Part shown: positions 12,347-21,700 of the stretch, in pieces
Position numbering within the stretch: the first letter of the stretch is position 1
How the letters are laid out: each line of letters starts with the position of its first letter
NCBI GenBank assembly: GCA_002269645.1
Contig: NIVC01003064.1
Coordinates: 1 to 64,000, forward strand
Source: Macrostomum lignano
Taxonomy: Eukaryota
DNA length: 64,000 nucleotides
Reading direction: 5' to 3'
Translations under genes and position numbers: made by a program
The notes under the pieces: model-generated
Told to the model about the DNA's origin: nothing
The model's database searches: none
What the model saw: only the letters and a program-made list of their open reading frames with translations

Positions 12347-13051
12347 GCCGCTGTCCGCGCCATCACTGTCGCCCAGCTTCGAGTAGTGGTGTCCTCTAAC
12401 GACAACATTCTCCCTGCCAAGCGCGTCGTTAGGCTCGCCAGAGTTCCACAGGCTGCTGCTGCCGCTCAGGGGGATGCCGCAGGCTACCCAGTACCAGCCG
12501 CCGTCGGGCTCCACGCTGTCGGGCTGCTGGAACCCGCCCAGGTGGAACGACAGTCCGTAGCTGCTCGACAGGGCGTCCACGTGGCTCATCTCCGTGCTGT
12601 CCATCACGTCAGCCATGATCACCTGGCCCGGGTCGGACTCGCAGATCTGCCTCTGAGCGGTCCAGTTATTCATCGCGCTGAGCACACGGTACTTCACTCC
12701 GCACAGCTCGTGGCCGTAGCCGGGAGGACACAGCGAGCCCGCCGAGAGTCCCGGCTGCCGCTTCACGAACAGGCGGCCTCTCCTGGAGCAGCTGCAGTCC
12801 CTCACCGACTTGCTGCATCTGTCGAACACGAACAGCTGGCACGGACCGTCGGCCGTGGCGAAGGCCTGGCAGCGCTGGTTGCTGCTACAGAGAGCGGCGC
12901 AGGTCAAGGAGTTGGTGTTCCAGTGACGGACGACGAACTCTGCGTTGATGCAGAGGCTGCCCTCGGTGCTGTGGTACTCGGCGAGCCCCCAACTGGCCCG
13001 GATTGGCGGTGGCAGCAGCAGCAGAGCGAGCAGCGCCGCTGTCGATATCAT
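12308..13051 (-). CDS. Secreted PAN/apple-domain + C-type lectin domain protein, intronless, 247 aa
   Basis: ATG at 13051 (the ORF-track start at 13105 is GTG) begins a hydrophobic signal MISTAALLALLLLPPPIRASWG. It is followed by a PAN-like CAALCSSNQRCQAF..CQLF and a CTLD with NW..QRQICES, FHLGG, GWYWV, WNSGEPND, EN and GLCEC. A TATA box lies upstream. Confidence 0.88.
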   Translation of the reverse strand: MISTAALLALLLLPPPIRASWGLAEYHSTEGSLCINAEFVVRHWNTNSLTCAALCSSNQRCQAFATADGPCQLFVFDRCSKSVRDCSCSRRGRLFVKRQPGLSAGSLCPPGYGHELCGVKYRVLSAMNNWTAQRQICESDPGQVIMADVMDSTEMSHVDALSSSYGLSFHLGGFQQPDSVEPDGGWYWVACGIPLSGSSSLWNSGEPNDALGRENVVVRGHHYSKLGDSDGADSGRSGLCECVSPFN

Positions 13052-13116
13052 CAGGGCTGCCGGTTGTCTAGAAAAGCCCCTCCTACTGGGCCGGTTTCTC
13101 CCCACTACCCGATCCC

Positions 13117-13122
13117 TTTATA
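13117..13122 (-). promoter_or_regulatory. TATA box of the lectin gene
   Basis: TATAAA on the minus strand, 66 nt upstream of ATG 13051. Confidence 0.6.
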
Positions 13123-13565
13123 GAGGCCGTCAAGAGGTCGCAAAAAGCGAGGCGCAGCGGGTGTGACGCCACTCGAAGAGTCTGCTTCGAAATGCGCCGT
13201 GCCCACTCGTCTGCTGCCCCCCCCCCTGGCAGCCTTTTTCACTTTTTAAACATTCCGCAGTCAGTCTCCATCGTTTCCGTTTCATTGTAAGGTCGTCCTG
13301 TTTGTCTGCCTTTTTCACAATTTTGGCTCCAGTCCTTCCTCAATGATTTTGAATGACGAACAAGGCAAAAAAGCAAAAAACGGGCCTTGATTGACGTGTG
13401 CTGTGCCAGCCAGTTGTTTCTACATGGTGGGGGATTGGTGGGCACGATACAGTAGAATTTTAGATGCGGGCGTCCAGCAATAGCCAGAATCCCAATCGTT
13501 TTGCTGTGACAGCCATGCCCTGCATGGGTTTTTTGCTCGACAATGTCATCTCTCATGTGGCTCAC

Positions 13566-14009
13566 AGGCTGGCCCAGCAACTGAGGATCTGAGAGGCTGG
13601 CCCAGCAAATGAGAATCTGAGAGGCTGGCCCAGCAACTGAGAATCTGAGAGGCTGGCCCAGCAACTGAGAATCTGAGAGGCTGGCCCAGCAAATGAGAAT
13701 CTGAGAGGCTGGCCCAGCAACTGAGAATCTGAGAGGCTGGCCCAGCAACTGAGAATCTGAGAGGCTGGCTCAGCAACTGAGGATCTGAGAGGCTGGCTCA
13801 GCAACTGAGGATCTGAGAGGCTGGCTCAGCAACTGAGAATCTGGGAGGCTGGCTCAGCAACTGAGGATCTGGGAGGCTGGCTCAGCAACTGAGAATCTGG
13901 GAGGCTGGCTCAGCAACTGAGGATCTGGGAGGCTGGCCCAGCAACTGAGGATCTGAGAGGCTGGCCCAGCAACTGAGGATCTGAGAGGCTGGCTCAGCAA
14001 CTGAGGATC
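13566..14009. repeat. 28-bp minisatellite (GGCTGGCCCAGCAACTGAGAATCTGAGA), about 16 copies
   Basis: Direct reading. Confidence 0.95.
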
Positions 14010-14725
14010 GGAGAAGGAAGTCAGAAGAGTAAGAGATTTGAAAAAAATGAAGCAACTTGAAACTCTTAAGAGCAGTGCTGCAGATTGAAGCAAACGCAGT
14101 GTTTAAAACAGGTAAACAAAACATGTAGACAGCGCGCATAGCACTCAATGTATTTACTGTCAAAACATGTGACAGTAATTACATTGTTCTGATATTAGTC
14201 ATTTAAACGTGCGGAACGAGCAGAAACAATCGGCCTGGCTCGCTGTCAATCTAAATGATGCAAGATATCACAGGCTGCTGTACACAGCTGTCCGGCGGTT
14301 TGGCACTTCCTGTGCTGTGCAGCTGCACTCGGCTGGTGCCAACGATCGCACAATAAAATTAGTGGCGACTTTGTACAAAATTATTTCCAACCGGAAACTG
14401 GGCGGGAAAATGCGCGCGCAGATCGAACAGCGAATACGAAAGCTACTGCAACAGGTACAGGTAAAAATAATCTTTCCAGGAATCAGCCGATAATTCTTGA
14501 AGCCACAGGGTCAGAGAAATCGCTGGGGGGGAATTGTGTAAGAAAGGTCGCAGACTTAAAGTACATCAAACTACCAATAAATTTGCTAATCAGCTGTTGA
14601 TTGAAACAAGCGCAATCGAGCTGAGCTGGGACAGTTTAAAGGAAGCTGAGAAAAGCGTGGAAGCACAGTGTGAATACTGCTGTGGCTCACTGAATTCAGT
14701 GAGAACTGGATGAGCATGAGCAGTA

Positions 14726-15258
14726 TTACCGTTGCTATGCACCCGGTAACTATAGAGAAATTATCGTTGCTATGCACCTGGTAACTATAGAGAAATTATC
14801 GTTGCTATGCACCCGGTAACTATAGAGAAATTTTACTTGCTATGTACTCGGTATCCATGGAGACATTGTCGCTGCTATGCATCCGGTAACTATGGAGAAA
14901 TTATCGTTGCTATGCATCCGGTAACTATGGAGAAATTATCGTTGCTATGCACCCGGTAACTATGGAGAAAATATCGTTGCTTTGCACCCGGTAACTATGG
15001 AGAAATTATCGTTGCTATGCACCCGGTAACTATGGAGAAAATATCGTTGCTATGCACCCGGTAACTATGGAGAAATTATCGTTGCTATGCACCCGGTAAC
15101 TATGGAGAAATTATCGTTGCTATGCACCCGGTAACTATGGAGACATTATCGTTGCTATGCACCCGGTAACTATGGAGACATTATCGTAGCTATGCACCCG
15201 GTAACTATGGAGACATTATCGTTGCTATGCACCAAGTATCCATGGAGACATTATTGTT
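14726..15258. repeat. 35-bp minisatellite immediately downstream of the NACHT/TPR stop codon
   Basis: Unit TTATCGTTGCTATGCACCCGGTAACTATGGAGAAA at 14761, 14796 and onward. Confidence 0.95.
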
Positions 15259-15268
15259 AGCGCCCCAG

Positions 15269-15739
15269 TCAGTCCCTCAGGGTCAGGGTAGCCAGCATGT
15301 CGCTGACAACTTCGTCCACTCCGTCATCGTCGGCCATTGCCGAGGCCGAAGCTGCGGTGCCATCGCCGGACGCCTCGTCCTCCTCCGACGGCAGCTGGTC
15401 TTCGTCCAGCAGCACGAAGTCGTCCTCCGAAGCCGCCGCGGCGCCTTGCGACACCGACGAGGTGGCGAAGAAGCTGCCCAACGGATTTCCCATGCCGCCG
15501 GAGTCGACGGCGCCAGCGCTGTCGTCGTCCTCCTGGAGCTCGCGCTGGCTGAACTCGGCCTCCTGCTCGGGCCCGACCTCGGCGGAGTGCAGGTGCCGCA
15601 GGTACAGCGCGGCCCGGCGGTAGCGAGGCTCCAGCAGCACGGAAGCCGCGCGGCAGGTCTTGGGGTGGTCGGGCCCGTACACCAGCTGAATCACTTCCGC
15701 CCAGCGCCGGAAGTACATGTAGGCGCGCAGGAAGCAGGA
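15269..15739 (-). CDS. NACHT/TPR gene exon 9 (last TPR + acidic tail)
   Basis: gtccag|SCFLRAY..YGPDHPKT..TLTLRD*, 471 nt. Confidence 0.85.
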   Translation of the reverse strand, partial: SCFLRAYMYFRRWAEVIQLVYGPDHPKTCRAASVLLEPRYRRAALYLRHLHSAEVGPEQEAEFSQRELQEDDDSAGAVDSGGMGNPLGSFFATSSVSQGAAAASEDDFVLLDEDQLPSEEDEASGDGTAASASAMADDDGVDEVVSDMLATLTLRD

Positions 15740-18700
15740 CTGGACGGGCGAAACGGAGGGGAGATTGGGGAAAACTACTGTGTAATCAGTATGCGGCATT
15801 TTACAGCAGCTGAACTTTTCACAGTAGCTACTGGGACACCTGATTGGTCCCGAACCATCATGCCCTCAGCCCATCAATCATCTGGTGACCCCAATACCCA
15901 ATTGCTTCTGTGACCCCAATCATCAAGTGACCACCCGTGACACCAATCATCAAGTGGCCACCTGTGACACCAATCATCAAATAACCCGTGACCCCAATCA
16001 TCAAGTGACCACCCGTGACCCCAATCATCAAGTGACCACCCGTGACACCAATCATCAAGTGACCACCCGTGACCCCAATCATCAAGTGACCACCCGTGAC
16101 ACCAATCATCAAGTGGCCTCCCGTGACACCAATCATCAAGTGGCCTCCCGTGACACCAATCATCAAGTGACCTCCCGTGACACCAATCATCAAGTGGCCT
16201 CCCGTGACACCAATCATCAAGTGGCCTCCCGTGACACCAATCATCAAGTGGCCTCCCGTGACACCAATCATCAAGTGACCACCCGTGACACCAATCATCA
16301 AGTGGCCTCCCGTGACACCAATCATCAAGTGACCACCCGTGACACCAATCATCAAGTGGCCTCCCGTGACACCAATCATCAAGTGACCACCCGTGACACC
16401 AATCATCAAGTGACCACCCGTGACACCAATCATCAAGTGACCACCCGTGACACCAATCATCAAGTGACCACCCGTGACACCAATCATCAAGTGACCACCC
16501 GTGACACCAATCATCAAGTGACCACCCGTGACACCAATCATCAAGTGGCCTCCCGTGACACCAATCATCAAATAACCCGTGACACCAATCATCAAATAAC
16601 CCGTGACCCCAATCATCAAATAACCCGTGACAGCAATCATCAAATAACCCGTGACCCCAATCATCAAATAACCCGTGACAGCAATCATCAAATAACCCGT
16701 GACCCCAATCATCAAATAACCCGTGACCCCAATCATCAAGTGACCACCCGTGACCCCAATCATCAAATAACCCGTGACCCCAATCATCAAATAACCCGTG
16801 ACCCCAATCATCAAATAATCCGTGACCCCAATCATCAAATAACCCGTGACCCCAAATATTAACCCGTTGAAAAGAAAACTTTACCAAAGGACTCAAACGA
16901 CTACAATGCGGCTGAGAGCGTTAGCGCTTAACTTTCTACTAACTCAAGTAGGCTAAATAGTTGTTATACCGGTAAATGCGAAATGCGATTATAATTCACA
17001 ATGTGATACACGTCGGCTTTAGACGCAACTCAGAGTGCTGCTACAGCGACCCTACGAGCACGCCTCAGATACGACTCTACGGCCCCCAGAGTGGTTTCAG
17101 AGACGCAGACAATAAAACGCCTCAACTTGACTCTTAGGCGACTTTTACCGCGACATCTCGTCGTTTTAGAGTCGTCTAAAGTCACTTCTTTCCTACTGTA
17201 TTTTACCTGTGTTACCTGCAACCACTCTGGGGGCGACGCAAATCACTTCATGGGGAGCCGACCCTCCAGAGCATCCGCTACCCATCCCCGCGGCTCCGGC
17301 CCACCTTGTCCTCGTAGGCGATGCCGATGTTGATGTACAGCCGGCCCACCAGCCTGTGGCAGTCTCCGAACAGCATCCTGGCCAGCCGCAGGGCCGCCTT
17401 GTACAGCCGCAGCTGCCGGTCGGAGCCCCGCTTGGCCAGCACGCCCTGCGTCATGGCGGCCTCGCTGGCCAGCTGCCTATCCAGCTGCCTGGCGAAGGCA
17501 TCCGAAGCGGACTGGACGAGGCCGAGCGCCTTGCCGACGGCCTGCTCGGGGGTAAGCCAGGAGTGGCCGCCGCTGCAGGCCCGCCAGGAGTCCAGCGCGA
17601 AGCTCAGGCGCATCTGCAGCACGGCGAGCCGGCGGCGCCCGCTGTCCCGGCGCATCCGGGCGTAGACGCCGATGGCAGCCTCGGCGAATTTGATGGCCCG
17701 GCGCAGCGTCGGCTTCTGGTCGCTGGTGACGAAGTCGGACAGTTTGAGCCGGTCATCGTACAGGTGGAACATCAGGCCGCACAGGTCGGCTGTGATTGGC
17801 TGCGGCAGCCCGGCCGCCTTGGCCAGCTTGTAGGCCGACTTTGCCGCCTCCAGGCACCTGCGGGCGGCGAGGAATTGAGGGTCAGAAGGGATCTGGGATT
17901 GTGGCAGGGATGTTTGGGGATCAGGGGACAAGCAGAAATAATTTGAGGTACTGGGAGACGATCAGATGGGATTTGATTTGAGGATCAAGAAGACGATCAG
18001 AAGGGATTTGATTTGAGGATCAGGGAGACGATCAGAGGGGATTTGATTTGAGGATTAGGGGACGATCAGAGGGAATTTGAGGATCAGGGAGAGGATCAGA
18101 GGGGATTTGAGGATCAGGGAGACGATCACAGGGGGTTTGAGGATCAGGAAGACGATCAGAAGGTATTTGAGGATCGGGGAGACGATCAGAGGGGATTTGA
18201 TTTGAGGATTAGGGGAAGATTAGAGGGGATTTGAGGATCAGGGAGACGATCAGAGGGGATTCGATTTGAGGATTAGGGGAAGATCAGAGGGGATTTAAGG
18301 ATCAGGGAGACGATCACAGGGGGTTTGAGGATCAGGGAGACAATCAGAGGGGATTTAAGGATCAGAAAGACGATCAGAGGGGATTTGAGGATCAGGAAGA
18401 CGATCAGAGGGGATTTGAGGATCAGGGAGACGATCAGAGGGGATTTAAGGATCAGGAAGAAAATCAGAGGGGATTTAAGGATCAGGGAGACGATCCGAGG
18501 GGATTTGAGGATCAGGAAGACAATCAGAGGGGATTTGAAGATCAGGAAGAAAATCAGAGGGGATTTGAGGATCAGGGAGGTGATCAGGGGGGACACTAAT
18601 TCTAATATCGATCAGAATCAGTGAAAAATGCTAAAAGCCGCTCACTTTCGATAGTGCCCGGCCAGCAGCAGCACCCGGCAGATCAGCAGGTGGCGGTGCA

Positions 18701-21700
18701 GGTCGCAGGCGGCGGGCTCGGCGGCCTCTAGCAGGGCGCAGTAGCGCTCGGCCATGGAGCTGTAGTCCCCGCACTGGGCGGCGTCCCGCCACAGCCGCAG
18801 GAGGCGGTCGCTGGGGTCGGGCGCGTCAAGCTGGTGAAAAGTTTCCAGCACGTCCCAGCGGCAGAGGAAATCTTCAAGGCGGCCGAGGGCACCGCTGGCC
18901 AAAGCGGCGGGCGGGAACTCGTCCAGGGCCCGGTCCAGGCCCGCGAGCTCCGGCCGCTCGAACTGATCGGCCAGCCGGGACAGCCAGAACTGGGCGCTGG
19001 GCTGCTGCAGGGAGCTGGGGGGGGGGGGCGGCGGGTGCGCTGGACTGGATTCATATATGCGAAACCTTGGGAATCACCCGGCCGTTTCTATTGGCAACAC
19101 ACACATGTAAGTCGCTATTGGCTGAGAGCAGTCACGTGACTATTATTCTGTCCAATAGCGACTTACGTGTGTGTGTTGCCAATAGAAACGGCCGGGTAAA
19201 TCCTAGGTTGCACCCAGGCCCAAGCATGACTGGATTGCCACTATTTGTGAATAGGGCGGAAACTGTGGGTGAATGAGGCGGAAACTGGAGGGTGAATTGG
19301 GGGCGGAAACTGTGGGTGAATGGGGCGGAAACTGGAGGCTGAATAGGGCGGAAACTGTGGGTGAATGGGGCGGAAACTGGAGGGTGAATGGGGTGGAAGG
19401 TGAGGTTCAATGGGGCGGAAGGTGAGGTTGAATGGGGCGGAATCTGTGGGTGAATGGGCGGAAACTGGTGGGTGAATGGGGCGGAAAATGAAAAAAAAAT
19501 GGGGCGGAAAATTAAAAATGAATGGGGCGGAAGGTGAGGTTGAATGGGGCGGAAAAGCGGGCTGAAGGGGCGGAAACTGGAGGGTGAATGGAGCGGAAAA
19601 GCGGGCTGATGGGGTGGAAACTGGAGGGTGAATGGGGCGGAAGGTGAGATTGAATGGGGCGGAAAAGTGGGCTGAAGGGGCGGAAACTGACCGAGCAGCC
19701 TTTCGCAGCGCCGGATGGCGAAACGCCAGCCAGCGGTCAGGCTCAGTTCCTATTGGCGCCGGCGGCGCTAACAAGGGCGCCAAAGCGCCGAGCACGCCGG
19801 CCCAAAGCCGAGGCGACCAGCTCCGACGATAGGCGGGCGAATCGATACGATCGGCGCCGCTGGCGAGCCCCGCCGCGCTGCCGGCCTTCTCCGACGCCTC
19901 GACGCCGTCCTTCTCGGCGAAGGGGCCTCCAGGCGCGGTCAGCGGGCCGCTGCTCAGCAGGCCGACGGCTTCGGACTCGAAGAGGCCGCCATGGGCTGAG
20001 TTGGCCAGCAGGCACAGCAGCGCCTCGGCGACTGGCCCGGACTTTCCATCGCCAGAGTCGAGTTGGGCCGCGTCCTCCACGGCGTCGGCGACAACGGAGC
20101 GGCACAGCTCGGACAGCGAGTCGCAGTCGGCCAGGCGCTGGCACTGGCGCCGGCGGCTGCGGGCGGCGCTCAGCTGGAGGAACATCGCCTGGTCGGAGCA
20201 GCGGGCCAGCCGGGCCACCTCGGCGGCTGACAGCGGCGGCTGGGGACCCACCTGAGGAGATTATGGATCAGGGACTAGATGGATCAGGGACTAGATGGAT
20301 CAGGGACTAGATGGATCAGGGACTAGATAGATCAGGGACTAGATGGATCAGGGACTAGATGGATCAGGGACTAGATGGATCAGGGACTAGATGGATCAGG
20401 GACTAGATGGATCAGGGACTAGATGGATCAGGGACTAGATGGATCAGGGACTAGATGGATCAGGGACTAGATGGATCAGGGACTAGATGGATCAGGGACT
20501 AGATGGATCAGGGACTAGATGGATCAGGGACTAGATGGATCAGGGACTAGATGGATCAGGGACTAGATGGATCAGGGACTAGATGGATCAGGGACTAGAT
20601 GGATGAGAGAATGAGGGATTAAATATTTGGGATTAGAGACAAGAAGTTCGAGATTGGGGATCACTCTAAAAGAAAGTTCAGCTCAACAACGCGGAAGAGT
20701 CCGCGGCGAGCTCACCGCATCCGCAGATGCTGCGGCAACGATGAGGCGTCTCTCCGGCTCGAACAGCGGCAGCACCAGCTCGCAGTCGATGCGCCCGCCG
20801 CCCACGTCACCGCCGCTGTTGCCGCCGCCGCCGCTGGAGACGCCGACATTGTCCCGGCTGCGCAGGGTCTTGGCGGGCTCGCAGTCTGGCGGGCAGGAGA
20901 TGAGCACGCGAACGAACGGGGCCAGGTTGCTGGGCAGCCAGTTGAGCAAGCGGGCAGCGCCGGGGTCGCCGCGCAGCTGGTCGCACCCAGGCAGGATGAG
21001 GTGCAGCGGCCGGCGGGGACCGGAGAACTCCAGCAGGAAGGCGACCGCATCGGCCAGCCGGGAGACGGGGGCGTCTTCGCGCAGCAGGTCGGAGCAGAAC
21101 GGGGCCTGCGGGTGGGAGCGGCAGAAGTCACGTGATCTGCCTCTCTACTCAATTATCCCCCAAGAGTACCCGGTACTGATCCCGTGTGTGCGCCCAGTCC
21201 CTATACCTGATAGGCCAGAAGCTCCGGCGGCAGCGGAGGCGTCAGCGGGCAGCCGCTGGGTGCGGAGGCGGCAGCCGCGGCGGAGGCAGCCGCAGCCCAG
21301 TCGACTCCGTCGAGCAGCTCGGCAAGCAGGCGGATGAGCAGCCAGCGCACGTCGCCGCTCCTGTAGTCGGCGCAGGGCGAGTGGTACAGCAGCACGGAGC
21401 CGCTGGCGGACGCCGCCTCAGGCATGGACGGATCCCGCCGTCGTCCGCGCAGCCATCGGCGAAGCTGGCAGGCGACGCTGGCGAGCACGCAGGCTTTGCC
21501 TTCGCCCGGCTCGCCGACCAGCAGCACCGGCGAGTTGCCAGAGGCCGCGGCGGCGAGTCTCCCGCTGTTGTCCTCTGCTGCCCGGGCCTCGCCGTCATCG
21601 TCGTCTGTGTCGCTGCCGAGTTGGTGCAGCGTCGGGATGATCCATTGGCGCGGAAGCAGCGGTGGCAGCGGCGGAGCCCGAGTCGGCGACATCGTCATGA

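Noticed and set aside
15858-16896. 325-340 aa ORFs on both strands
   Set aside because: They are translations of the intron 8 minisatellite.
16860-17215. Possible TIR element in intron 8
   Set aside because: End similarity is too weak and there is no TSD.
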